DNA from: Saprolegnia diclina VS20
Lineage: Eukaryota
Length of the DNA: 64,000 nucleotides
Assembly (NCBI RefSeq): GCF_000281045.1
Contig: NW_008246069.1
Span: 887,627 to 951,626 of the forward strand
Direction of reading: 5' to 3'
The translations under genes were made by a program, and so were the position numbers. A model generated the notes under the pieces. The model was not told where the DNA came from and ran no database searches. It worked only from the letters and a program-made list of their open reading frames with translations. Numbering within the stretch: the first letter of the stretch is position 1; every line of letters begins with the position of its first letter. Below, piece after piece: positions 1-11,765 of this stretch.

Positions 1-291
1 CAGGGCACGGCGCCTGGCATTAACTGCTGGATGGTGTGCGTGGCGCCGCTTTCGTCGGATGTGTGCGCGGTGCAGGAGTGCAAGGGCCAGGCAATTTCGT
101 GCAAGACACCGGCGACGAAGGCTCCGACTCCTGCACCGACTCCTGCCCCGACGGCGGCCCCTACGGACGCTCCTACCGCGGCTCCCACGGGAACTCCCAC
201 GGGAACTCCCACGGCGGCTCCCACGGACGCTCCCACGGCGGCTCCTACCGCGGCTGTCACTGATGCTTCTACGACCAAGCCGGCGTGCTAA
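1..291 (+). CDS. 3' end (partial) of secreted oxygenase-like family member A: Cys-rich domain plus PT-repeat tail
   Basis: GINCWMVCVAPLSSDVCAVQECKGQAISCKTPATK is nearly identical to the Cys-rich C-terminal domain of the paralogs at 11140-11270 and 13290-13390. It is followed by APTP/APTA repeats and ends KPAC-stop at 291. The 5' part lies outside the window. Confidence 0.8.
   Translation, partial: QGTAPGINCWMVCVAPLSSDVCAVQECKGQAISCKTPATKAPTPAPTPAPTAAPTDAPTAAPTGTPTGTPTAAPTDAPTAAPTAAVTDASTTKPAC
121..255 (+). repeat. Coding tandem repeat of about 12-nt units encoding APTx (PT mucin-like stalk)
   Basis: Repeated GCTCCCACG/GCTCCTACC units translating to APTPAPTAAPTDAPTAAPTGTPTG. Confidence 0.9.
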
Positions 292-1274
292 TCTTACGAT
301 CGCGTGCATCTCTCTCGAATACAGTATAGAGTTAAGTTCAATAAAATTTTGCAGCGTTTCAACTAATGCCTGACTTCGTCGCCAACTTCCATTGCATCAA
401 ATATTGTGTTCTCACGTTTTATGCTAATGTACATGCCCTCAAAAATATATTTGACTGCAAGCACTATACGTAATAAGTGTTTATTAATATGATGTGCTCG
501 TCAAGCGCGCCATTGAGACTTTTCCGCGCTGTCCATTAACGGGGGGGCACGTAAACTTTTCAAGATCGCCAATCTTGAAAGTCGAATCTTTATCCGGATC
601 CGGATAACACTTAGAATGAAGCTTGGGACACTCTGACAAGCATCGTTCGACGCCCTTTTGTGTGTTGAAGCCGGCGTCAACGGCGCGGAAGCCACGAAAC
701 ATGGACTAAGGACTTCGATGTTATACACCCATTCCCAGAAGCGGGACGCGGAAATCACCTTTATGCTGTCGACCGTGAGCCGCCTCGAAGCTCGTAGGAG
801 AAGCACTAGCTAATCATTTCTCATGAAGCTTTGCTTCATTTGGCGTGCATGGATGAGAGTAAGAACACCGGATGAATTAGTCAAGTCATTTCATCTCGTA
901 TTAACACGACCGAAAAGATTGTCGCATTTCTGCCGTTCTTGCCCCACCGTGCGCAGATATTACTTTTGGTCCTGGCTCCAAAGGTTGCAGAGGCCGCACC
1001 CGATGCGCTTTCGAAGCATTGCAGGGTGCGATAGTCCTTCCAAATGATGTCGATTCCGTAGTCGATGCCCTTGGGAATGCGTAGTATCCTATATGCTTAT
1101 CAACGCATCTCGTCATGTGACCTGGCACACGAGAATGAACCCGAGTGTCCGACCGCTAAAGTAGCCTTCCATCCAGCAAGCCTCTTTGAAGAGAACGAGC
1201 CTGGTCCGCGGAGATGGCGCGTTCGATCTTGTCCGCTGGGACGACTAGCAACACCTTTCTCCACCTTTATCTTT

Positions 1275-1290
1275 TCACTTTTCGATTTGC
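1275..1290 (+). promoter_or_regulatory. Oomycete INR+FPR-like core promoter
   Basis: TCACTTTTCGATTTGC lies 15-30 nt upstream of ATG 1305 and resembles the oomycete initiator (YCAYTYY) plus flanking promoter region. Confidence 0.5.
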
Positions 1291-1304
1291 CTTCGACTGC
1301 GCAC

Positions 1305-2477
1305 ATGGTGTCCCTCTGGCTGCCGCTCAGCGCGCTCGCTGCCACCGCCCTCGCCGCGACGTACCCGTCGTTTACGATCCCGGCCTTTGACTTGGCGGAG
1401 CCCGACGGCCTCCTTCCGGCCCTCGCCGCCAATGGCATTGCCAACATCAAGAACATCCCTCGCTTTGCCGAGACGCGCGCCGCCTACATGAAGGCAGCCA
1501 CGATCTGCGTCGCGACCCACGGTGCCTTTCCCGGCCTCCAGCAGCGTACGTTGGCCGACGCCACGCGCCGCTTGACGCTGAGCAGCCGGTCGTCGCTTGG
1601 CTTGAGCGACACGATTGTGTCGCAGTGCCCGGACCTCATCACGGCCCACGATGCGTACACGTCGTTGCTCGACACCGTCACGGCGTCACTTGCAACCTTG
1701 CTCCATGTGCCCAACGCAACGAGCCTCGCGGACATCGTCGCCAATGGCGCGCACCTCGACCACTTCCACGGCTACACCCGACTCGATGCAACCAACGCAT
1801 CGCGCGATGACCTGACGCTGCAGATGCACACGGACAACGGTCTCTTTCTTCTCACGTCGGCGCCGCTCTTCTTCACCGACCGTGGCGACGCGGTGATGTC
1901 GCCAGACCCGATCGCGGGCTTGATCATTGAGCTGAACGCGACACGCGTGCACCCGACGCTCAAGGAAGACGAGCTCACGATCATGGTCGGCGACGGCGTG
2001 ACGCAGTGGGGCAGCTTTGGACACACCTTTCCGAGCGTGCTTCACGGGATGGTCATGCCGGCGGCGCCTGGCGTCTTCCGCGCCTTCTCGGGTCGCATGC
2101 TGCTTCTGCCGGCGTCGCATGTCATGACCAACACGGGCCTTTCGTTTCAACAGTACAACGATCGCGTCGCGCGCCACTTGGTCGACCGCGATGCGATGCC
2201 GATCGGGTGCCCCGTCGGCCGCAAGCTTGTCGCGATGGACGCTGCGTGCACGTACGGCGTGTGGAAGGCGACGCCAGGCAGCCCACCGCGCGTGACGGAC
2301 GCCAACTGCACCCAGTGGTGCAACAACGGCGACTACGCGAGCGACTGCGCGAAGAACAAGTGCATGCGCAGCGCGACGGCGCAAGGCGTCAACTGCTGGA
2401 TGGTGTGCTCCAAGGTCCTCACGACCTGCGCCACATCGTCCCAGATCTGCGCCGGCCAAACCCTCCGCTGCAAGTAA
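1305..2477 (+). CDS. Secreted IPNS-like 2OG-Fe(II) oxygenase-fold protein with Cys-rich C-terminal domain (member B, intronless, 390 aa)
   Basis: Signal peptide MVSLWLPLSALAATALA. DIOX_N-like ALAANGIANIKNIP. HxD motif MHTDNG, then GLIIEL and LTIMVGDG strands, distal His VLHG and RAFSGR. Cys-rich end CTQWCNN...NCWMVC...LRCK. Confidence 0.75.
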   Translation: MVSLWLPLSALAATALAATYPSFTIPAFDLAEPDGLLPALAANGIANIKNIPRFAETRAAYMKAATICVATHGAFPGLQQRTLADATRRLTLSSRSSLGLSDTIVSQCPDLITAHDAYTSLLDTVTASLATLLHVPNATSLADIVANGAHLDHFHGYTRLDATNASRDDLTLQMHTDNGLFLLTSAPLFFTDRGDAVMSPDPIAGLIIELNATRVHPTLKEDELTIMVGDGVTQWGSFGHTFPSVLHGMVMPAAPGVFRAFSGRMLLLPASHVMTNTGLSFQQYNDRVARHLVDRDAMPIGCPVGRKLVAMDAACTYGVWKATPGSPPRVTDANCTQWCNNGDYASDCAKNKCMRSATAQGVNCWMVCSKVLTTCATSSQICAGQTLRCK

Positions 2478-3061
2478 CCCACTTCATCATTCCATTTCGA
2501 GCACGACGCACAGGGTTCTTTATCGATTGCTGATGCGTTGGTCCATTGCATCGCTAGTGCACCTAGAAACACATGGCTTGTCGGGGCCTCAAGAGCAAAT
2601 TCGATCAATTCAAGTGGACGGTGGGGTCCTTCTGGCATTAGCTCCAGCATTGGCTTCGTAGACTCGTACTCCTCGACGTGGCTTATAGCAGCTTCTACTA
2701 GCTACTAGACCACCCTGCGCGCTTGGTCGCACTGCACTGTCGACAAGCCATGGTCCATCGGCGGCTCTCCATGACTGCAGAGTTGCGATCTTCCGAAATC
2801 CAAACCAGATATTTTTAAAACGATGTGCGTGCATTTTTGCGGAATGTATCGAGCGCGTGGTGCATTTTTAAAAATACGTCTAAAAATACAACCATACAAA
2901 CTTCAAGTCGATACAGCGGGTGAAACCGGAGTCGGGCCAACCTACAAACTGCAAGTGGCAGTTCCCGAGCCATCGGTGAAGCGGTCGACGGCCGACGACG
3001 ACGGTATGCGCCGCCATGCTGCTGGCTCATGCAGCGCGCTCTGTAGCTGCAGTAGGCGCCC

Positions 3062-4551
3062 ATGCAGGCCATCAACGAGACCGTCATCTTGGGCGGCGAC
3101 GTCACGGGCAATGGCACCGTGCTGGGCATTCCGCTGAGCCTCATCGAGACCGAGCGAGGCTATTTCCTCTTGATCGCCGCGTTGGCCGCGCTTTTTGCGT
3201 CGGCGCTCACGGCCTTTAGCATGTACCAGCACTTGCGCGCGTATACGCGGCCGCATCTGCAGCGCTACATCCTGCGCATCTTGCTCATCGTGCCCGTGTA
3301 CGCGGTCGGGTCCTTTCTCTCGTTCAAGTTTGTGCACCAAGCCGCGTACTTTAACATTGTCCGAGACATGTACGAGGCCTTTGTTGTGTACAGCTTCCTC
3401 AACCTCGTCCTCGCCTTTGCCGGTACGCGCCTTGTGCTATGCGGCGAGGACTCATATATGCGCAGGCGGCGAATCGCTCTGTGTGAGCAAGATGGTGTCC
3501 GAGGCCGAGATCCCGCATCCGTTTCCCTTTGGCTACTGTTTTTCGCCCATGGCGCGCGACGGTCGGCTCCTCCGCAACTGCAAGAAGGCGACGATTCAGT
3601 TTGTGTTTCTCAAGCCCTTCATGGCCGTCCTCTCGCTGCTCATGCTCGCGATCGGCGCCTACGACTCGGACGGGTTCCAATGGCTTCTCTGGATCGTCTA
3701 TAACGTGAGCTACAGCATCGCGCTCTACGGTCTCCTTGTCTTTTACCTCGCGACCAAGCACATTCTCGCACCATTCTCGCCCGTGCTCAAGTTTTTTGCG
3801 GTCAAAAGTGTCATCTTTCTGACCTTTTGGCAGACGCTGCTCATCGACGACCTTCCCGAGATTTCCAAGGAGCAAGCCTTCGCCTGGAACGACTTTGTGC
3901 TTGCACTCGAGATGGCTCCGGTGGCTCTCATGTATTATTTCTCCTTTGGGGCTGGCCAATTCCGGGTACTTATGACTATGGTTCTATATCTATATATATC
4001 GCGAAACAATGTGGGCATAGAACACGTGCGAAGCGATTCCGGCGTCCGAAGTTGTCAAAAACATGAAGGAGGTGCTGAGCGTCCAGGACATTGTCGCTGA
4101 CGCGTACCACAACTTTATGCCGAGCTACCAAGACTACATGCTCCAGCGCGCCGACGACGAGTTCCCAGAGAAGATCCGGACGCAAACCTTCCTGGCGGGC
4201 AACCTTGACGCCCCCACGACGACCAAAGAACAGGGAAGCGATGATGCCGGGCTGCGCGTTGCCGTCGACGTTGGCCAGAGCGGGGAAGGCAAGCCGTTGG
4301 CACCGTCCACAACCTCGGAAGCTTCAACGGTCTTACCGGACGACGATGACGAAGAAGAGACGGTCGTCGAAGCACCCAAGCAGGTGCTCTCACCTCGGGT
4401 GATGTCACCGCGCACCCCGTCGATGCTCGACTTGGAGGTGAAGAAGGAGTCGATTGCGATGCCATACTCCATGTCGGACGAAGACGAAGACGAGACGCTT
4501 CTGGATACGCCTCGGCGCCACACGGACAAGTCAAGTCTCCTCAATTCGTAG
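3062..4551 (+). CDS. TMEM184 / organic solute transporter alpha family membrane protein
   Basis: Motifs HLRAYTRPHLQRYILRILLIVPVYA, RDMYEAFVVYSF, IQFVFLKP and LKFFAVKSVIFLTFWQ. GT-AG introns at 3423-3465 and 3966-4020 join the three ORFs in frame. Confidence 0.92.
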
Positions 4552-5029
4552 CCAAAGAAGTGTACATGGATGCTGCATGAGAAGAAGCGAGCTAGCGTAG
4601 GAGGCACCGCCATGGTGACTCAAATATATAAGTATCTAGTTCGGCAACACGAGAAGAGAACTAAGCGTATGGACTCAGTGGGAAATTCTAGTGATTTGCG
4701 AATTACTGAAGGTATGTAACCACAGTAGCCACGCTGTTTCATTCCATCAAACAGGAAAAAGACTGGGCGATTCGAGTCTATATCAAGTGGCTTTCGTACA
4801 CATGGGCACATGGGATCTTCGTTTGGGCAGTCAAAAGTTTATCCACCATATTTTCAGAAGTCCACAAGTCGGTGTTTATCGTGTGGCTGTGATGAGTCCT
4901 ATCGAGCCTAGTAGGTGCTGCCTATTCCGCACTATGGCTTAAGTGGGCTTGGCGAGTGGCGACTCCTTTAGCCGTCGACTGAACGGTGTCGCTTGAATAT
5001 GCTTCTTGTTAGCTCCGTCTGCAGCTTCG

Positions 5030-8000
5030 TCACCGGCCTTCTTGTCGTTGACGGACGGCGCCGACAAAGACCGTTCCAGAGTCTTGGTCTACCAAATACT
5101 GCATCAATATCGCTGCATCCAAGCTCCCATCATTGCGTACCGACGCATCGTCGAGTGGTGGTAGCTGTTTTTTGGGGTGGGCAACTTGGAGGCCGCCGGC
5201 GCGCCCGCTCCAGAGCTGCTCCTTTTGCTTTGCTTTTTCCATTTCGATCGCGGCGAGGCGCTTGGATTTTTGCAGTTTGGCCCACTCGCGCTTCTTCTCG
5301 AGCGCCGCTGCGTTCGCCACTTCCAACGTCGTACTCGTGCGCTTGGCAAAGAGCTTGGTGTCGCCCGTCACCGACGATGGCACTAGACAGCGAGCTCAGA
5401 ATCATATGTCGAACATTCCGTGCATACGCGGTGCCACCGCCACATGGTCGATCGTGTCAAGGTCCAGCGCCAATGACGACCGCCCGGCTTCGTTCTCTCG
5501 TACGTCAATGACGCAAATGGTCTCGACTTGGATGAGACCGTCGGCGTTCGCATTCGACGGCTGGGCACCAAGCGCTTCAATCTTGCCGCCTGCGTGGACG
5601 TAGACGTGCTTGATACGAGGGTTGCGCCCGAGGGCTTCCGAGAGCACGCGGACCCCGTCGTCGCCAATGCGGTTTTTGCGTAAGTCAATATGACTCAGCG
5701 CGCAGGTCGAGAGCGCCAAGATAGCTGCTATCGCGCGGGCCCCTTCGCCTACCCATACAAAGTGCATCCCCTTCACAAATGCGACCAACGGACTTGTGAT
5801 GGTATTCGACTGCAGCTGGAGCTCTTGGATCGAGCTGTTGTTGCGCAAGAGAGCCGCAATTGCGTGCACTTCTTCGTCGCCGACGCCGCTTTCTGGCAGC
5901 TTCAAAACGACGCGGGTGCTCTCCACCGGCGTACGCGACTTGATCTCGTGCACGTACCTACCAAACATGAAATTTAACAATCATAACACAACTTACCGAA
6001 GGAGCGTTTTCCGCTTGGCGTCTTCTTCAGCGTTCAACCGTTCTTGGAGCCACTGGGCCTTCTTGCCGACGTGGTCCAAATGGTCTTGCTTGGACGCAAG
6101 CATCTCTCGGACACTAAGCGTCGCTTCTTCGCTCATCATGAGTTGATGCACGAGGACGGCGAGTTTCTCGACGAGGCGCTGCTTGGTGTTGGTTTGCTTT
6201 TGTGCCCACTTGAGGAAATGGTTGATGCCGAGCTTGTCGAGGTACTCTTGACACCCATTGTTGCTGCGCTTGGGCTTGATGACGAGGAGGCCGCCGTGGG
6301 AGGACCGACACTCGACGAAAAACCGGCCCGCGGCTTCGTGCTCCTTGTCGTCCGCTGGCATGTCGTGGGCTTGGTTGCTGCTTTGGCCCGAGTCGACAAT
6401 CGCTATATCGGCGCTTGGCAGCGTCTGGTTAAGCAGCTTTGTGGTGAGCGCGTCGAGCTTGATGAGCGCTGTATCCAGCTCTTCCTACAGAGGATGCGTT
6501 GAAAGTCGTGACAGAGGACGCGAAGTGTACCTGTTTGCAGCGCAGCGCTTCGGTGACGACACGGTTGCTGTCACCGGTCGTGTTGAGCTTTTGCGCGAGC
6601 TCCGTGTTCTTGTCTTGGAGACTCTGGATCTGTGCCTGCATTTTCTTCATGTCTTCTTTCGTACAGAGCTTGGCCTCTTCGTCGGCTTGCATCTTGTTGA
6701 GGAGAAAGCTCAATCGCGAGCTCATCGTTTTGAGCTTCTCGGCCAATAGCGTTCGCTCTTCGGTCTCTTTGAGTTTCGCTTTCACTTCGTCGCGGCAACG
6801 AATGCTGAGTTGCGCGTTGTGTTTTTTCAGCGCCTTTTCCAGAGGTTAGGTTGGAGCATATAGACCTCACGTCACCTGGAGCTGTTCCAAGAGCACATTC
6901 TTGTCGAGCTCTATTTTCACGCGACTTTTGCCTTCTTGCGTCACGTCTTTGAGCAAGCGCGCGTTCTTCTTCTTGAGCGACACCATTTCCATCTCCTTTT
7001 GCTTGAGCGCTTCGAGCGACTTGGTTTTACCAAGCTCGGCGAGCTTGAGTCGCTCGAGCAGTTGAAACACCTGCCAAATGTCGTTCCATGGTCTCGCACT
7101 GCGCACAATCCTCACCTTTTCTGCCATTTCCCGCAGCTGGTCGGCCGAGTCACGGTTCTCAGCCTCCATGCGCGTACGTTCTTGCTCCGCCTTCTCCAAG
7201 CGTGCTTGAAGCGTATGCTTGTCGGCCACCAACTGGTCGTTCTCGACCTAGACGCACGCAAAGGCTATCAGTGGCTTGCTGACACAGATTGCTGGTGGGA
7301 CTTGGAGGTGTTTGTTGGCGTCCATTTGACTGCGCTTGACCTTGCTCTCGAGCTGCAGCTGCGTCTCGCGCTCCTGGCCTTGCTCCAGCAGCTGCCGCAC
7401 GCGCTCTTCCATGCCGTGGAGCGTATCATCGCTTTGACGCTTGGCTTCGTCGAGCGACTGAATCTTCTCCAATAGCTGATATTGCTTTTCCTTTCGAACC
7501 TACACACGCACCACTTTCCATCATGCACGCAGGCAAGACCAAGTACGCGGAGTTGCTCGTGGAGCGACTCGAGCTCGACTTGGGCCTTCATCTTGAGCTC
7601 GTTGTTGGACGTTCGCAGCTGGTCCGTGTCGATGCGGAGGAGACGAACTTCTTCGGCGCGGAGCTGGCTGTCACGCACGGCGCGGCCCGCAATCTCTTCG
7701 TGCGTCTTGGCCGTCGTCAGGAGCGACGCGTACTTGCTAGCGAGCGCATCGGCATCGAGCTTGATCGACGCGTTCTCTTTGGCGAGAGCGCCCGATTGGC
7801 TCTCTTCAATCTCGAGCAGCCGGAGGAGCTCGCCGTTGTGGTCCGTGAGCACCTTGATCTGCTTTTCCTTCTCTTCCATGCTGTTCTACGCGCCGCAATA
7901 GCATCGAGTCCCACAACCATCGACGTACCTCAGCTTTCTTTAGGTGCGCGTCCGCAGCCCGCGCGCGGCTCTGAAGCTCAAAGTTGCTGTCCCGAAGACT

Positions 8001-8308
8001 CCGGTTGTCGTCCTCGAGCTGCAGCTTGGTCATCTTGAGCGATTGAAGCTCGTCGTCCATGTTGTTGAGCGTGTTGAGGAGCTGGTTGTTTTGCTCGCTT
8101 AGGATCCGCAGCTGCTCGTCCTTCATCGCCAGCGCCTCGAGCGCGCGCGCCTCCTTGTTGGACTTGGCCATTGACGCGCCGCCTGCGAGGAGCGATGCGG
8201 CCTTGGTCACCGAGTTGGACCGCCCAAAGACCTTCTACGACACGTCTCGTATTGCTGTATACTGCAGATACAGTCGTCTACCTGGTCCTCTTGGCCCGTC
8301 TCGTCCAT
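5030..8308 (-). CDS. Multi-exon long coiled-coil protein with C-terminal RI-type leucine-rich repeats
   Basis: Successive E/K/Q/L-rich heptad ORFs from 8210 to 5993. LRRs follow: GDEEVHAIAALLRNNSSIQELQLQSNTI and LSHIDLRKNRIGDDGVRVLSEAL. About 10 short introns; start inferred at MDETGQEDQ (8308). Confidence 0.75.
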
Positions 8309-9978
8309 GCTCTTCACGGCCGTCGGCAGTCGGTTACCGCCAAGAATAAATGCGGCGCTAAACGACTCCCACAGTGCGTGAAACGAGCCGTCAGGAAAGT
8401 AAAATGTGACGTGTGTGTACACGATTGTCATGTGCTCTTGCATCAAGTTATCAACGTGCGAATCGCAAGATCGATAATGTGCTTTAGGCGAGGAAGGTGG
8501 GAGGCAAGTCTACATAATAATCACCGAAGTCCCCTGTCGCTCGCAGCACCACCGTCACTTGAACGCATTCATGGTCTTGCTTCGTTCAATATGATTCCAT
8601 CGACTCGTGCCAACTCCGACGTAGAAAGCGGGTTAACTGCTCTGCGATGCTACCACGTCATTCCACGACATTATAGGAATTGCAATTCTACTCTCGAAAA
8701 GTTGCGCTTCCATGACCAAGCTCAAGTCAATGAGGCAACTACGCAGTCAGGCGTACCGCACAGGCCGTCTAGATTCGTTTTTGTGCATTTGCCGCAGTAG
8801 AGACATTGGTCTCTCGCAGTGGGCGTAGGAACTAGGATGCTTCTCATGTGGCTTTCTAAGTAACGTTATATCAAGTAGTACATGGGAATCTTCCATCCAC
8901 TCAATCCAGCGCTCGACTAATTAACGATGCGCCCACACACGCCTAGAATTCTCGCCATGTGCTGCCTTGTGCAACCGGCAAGTACGCGTACTATGCCCCC
9001 TCCTTGGCAGCGTCAATTGCTGCGTACGACGTAGGATTACTTGTAGGGCACCTCTTGCCTTGCAAAACTTGGCGGTACGGGTGCAGCTGCATTTCTTTCG
9101 GAGAGCGCGACGAAGGACCCCGTCGAATGTCCCTGCGACAATGCCGCGGCGAGCGCCAACAATTGCAGCCTCAATCAATCCATTTCAACAACCCAGCATG
9201 TGGTTGGTTTGGCTCCCAGATGTGGCGTTGCCATGGTTGTTGCCGAGGTGTCATCTTGTTGCGACCGCAATTGTTGAATGGACAGCCTCGCGTGTTTTTG
9301 TAATATCCTGATGCTTCGATCATCTGTTGTATGTCGTGCGGCCGTCACGCAGCTGCCATCTTGTGTGGTCAAAGCCCCAGCTCATTCCACGACGGTGGTG
9401 TTACTTGATCGAAACGTGAGCGTTGTGCTCGGGCTCACGACCTCGCAGTTTCCCATGCTCGGGCAGTCGCCTTGGCTCCGTCGCAAGCGCCACTGTATCC
9501 ACACGTGCGTCTGTCGCGCGAGAGGTTTTGCATAAACAAAGCGGGGTAAAAGTACTACGGTTGGATTTTCAATTGCAGTGTCTTAACCCATCTTGCCGCT
9601 GTTGTTTAATGGGGTCTTCGAGTCAAATGGATGTCATGAAACGAGCGGATATGTAATGAGCTTCGACTTTCGTCGTTCTGGATGGGCACTTGGCGACGGA
9701 ACGGACTCGAAGCGGACCCTGCAAGTTGTCGTCCACACTGTCGTCCACGGGCGAAAGGCGCTCCTCTGTGAAAGGCGCTGCATCTGATTCTACTAGTAGC
9801 ACGTACCACGTACTGCTCACCGGAAGCGATTACGCACAGTACAATGCAACGATCTGGGCGGAATCTCAAATCGACGGACGCTGCTTGGGTGCCTTTGACG
9901 GGTGAGTCCTGAGATGTGCCACGCCTGAACCCATTCGCAGCAACAACGTCCCCACTTTTGCTTTTGCTCTCGACCGCC

Positions 9979-11650
9979 ATGGTGGCTTCCAAGCTCGCAA
10001 TCCTGTCGTTCCTCGCGTCGGCGACGGCCGCGAGCATCTTCGACTACCCGGCGTACACGATCCCGGCGTTCGACCTCGACAACCTCTCGGACGCCGACGC
10101 CAACGCGCTCGTCGCCGCGCTCAAGACCAACGGCATCGTCAACCTCAAGAACATCCCNNNNNNNNNNNNNNNNNNNNNNNNNNNNNNNNNNNNNNNNNNN
10201 NNNNNNNNNNNNNNNNNNNNNNNNNNNNNNNNNNNNNNNNNNNNNNNNNNNNNNNNNNNNNNNNNNNNNNNNNNNNNNNNNNNNNNNNNNNNNNNNNNNN
10301 NNNNNNNNNNNNNNNNNNNNNNNNNNNNNNNNNNNNNNNNNNNNNNNNNNNNNNNNNNNNNNNNNNNNNNNNNNNNNNNNNNNNNNNNNNNNNNNNNNNN
10401 NNNNNNNNNNNNNNNNNNNNNNNNNNNNNNNNNNNNNNNNNNNNNNNNNNNNNNNNNNNNNNNNNNNNNNNNNNNNNNNNNNNNNNNNNNNNNNNNNNNN
10501 NNNNNNNNNNNNNNNNNNNNNNNNNNNNNNNNNNNNNNNNNNNNNNNNNNNNNNNNNNNNNNNNNNNNNNNNNNNNNNNNNNNNNNNNNNNNNNNNNNNN
10601 NNNNNNNNNNNNNNNNNNNNNNNNNNNNNNNNNNNNNNNNNNNNNNNNNNNNNNNNNNNNNNNNNNNNNNNNNNNNNNNNNNNNNNNNNNNNNNNNNNNN
10701 NNNNNNNNNNNNNNNNNNNNNNNNNNNNNNNNNNNNNNNNNNNNNNNNNNNNNNNNNNNNNNNNNNNNNNNNNNNNNNNNNNNNNNNNNNNNNNNNNNNN
10801 NNNNNNNNNNNNNNNNNNNNNNNNNNNNNNNNNNNNNNNNNNNNNNNNNNNNNNNNNNNNNNNNNNNNNNNNNNNNNNNNNNNNNNNNNNNNNNNNNNNN
10901 NNNNNNNNNNNNNNNNNNNNNNNNNNNNNNNNNNNNNNNNNNNNNNNNNNNNNNNNNNNNNNNNNNNNNNNNNNNNNNNNNNNNNNNNNNNNNNNNNNNN
11001 NNNNNNNNNNNNNNNNNNNNNNNNNNNNNNNNNNNNNNNNNNNNNNNNNNNNNNNNNNNNNNNNNNNNNNNNNNNNNNNNNNNNNNNNNNNNNNNNNNNN
11101 NNNNNNNNNNNNNNNNNNNNNNNNNNNNNNNNNNNNNGCTGCTGCGTGAGCCAGGGTACGGCGGACGGTATTGACTGCTGGATGGTGTGCGTGGCGCCGT
11201 TGCCGGTCGATGTGTGCGCGGTGCAAGAGTGCCAGGGCCAGGCAATTTCGTGCAAGGTGCCCGCGACGAAGCCTCCGACGCCTGCGCCGACGCCGGCCCC
11301 GACGGACGCTCCTACCGCGGCTCCCACGGCGGCTCCCACGGCAGCTCCCACTGCTGCTCCGACGGATGCCCCTACATATGCCCCTACGTCGGCCCCTACG
11401 TCGGCCCCGACTTCTGCTCCTACGTCTTCCCCGACGTCTGCTCCCACGGCTACTCCCACCGATGCCCCGACGTCTACCCCCACGGCTACTCCTACGTCTA
11501 CTCCCACGGTTGCGCCGACGCCGGCGTCTGGCGTCGACATCCAGTTGTGCAGCTTCACTCAAAAGGTCCTCTCCGAGTACAACAACAAGGTGTACGCTGA
11601 CGTGATTCGCCACAATGACAACGAGAAGCTCGTATACAACGCCGGGCCTC
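9979..11650 (+). CDS. Secreted oxygenase-like family member C: signal peptide, [gap], Cys-rich domain, PT stalk and start of a ricin-B-like lectin domain; 3' end missing
   Basis: MVASKLAILSFLASATAA signal. YPAYTIPAFDL...ALKTNGIVNLKNIP matches member B. After the gap come GIDCWMVC, APTS repeats and DIQLCSFTQKVLSEYNNKVYADVIRHNDNEK. The sequence switches to unrelated DNA at 11651. Confidence 0.7.
10158..11137. other. Assembly gap (N run)
   Basis: Run of N inside member C. Other gaps: 11766-11865, 12914-13219, 15418-15823, 28480-28715. Confidence 1.
11271..11525 (+). repeat. Coding PT/APTS tandem repeat
   Basis: 12-nt degenerate units encoding APTA/APTS/TPTS. Confidence 0.9.
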
Positions 11651-11765
11651 TCGAACCTACACACGCACCGCTTTCCATCATGCACGCAGGCAAGACCAAG
11701 TACGCGGAGTTGCTCGTGGAGCGACTCGAGCTCGACTTGGGCCTTCATCTTGAGCTCGTTGTTGG
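11651..11765 (+). repeat. 115-bp direct duplicate of 7494-7608, likely chimeric contig end
   Basis: TCGAACCTACACACGCACC...GAGCTCGTTGTTGG is identical to 7494-7608 except one A/G difference, and it abuts a 100-N gap. Confidence 0.9.

Noticed and set aside
484..806. Short Cys-containing minus-strand ORFs
   Set aside because: Lower GC, no recognisable motif and overlapping frames mean a gene cannot be supported.
8400..9900. 1.5-kb region with several short ORFs
   Set aside because: No coherent coding signal or recognisable mobile-element motif; treated as intergenic.
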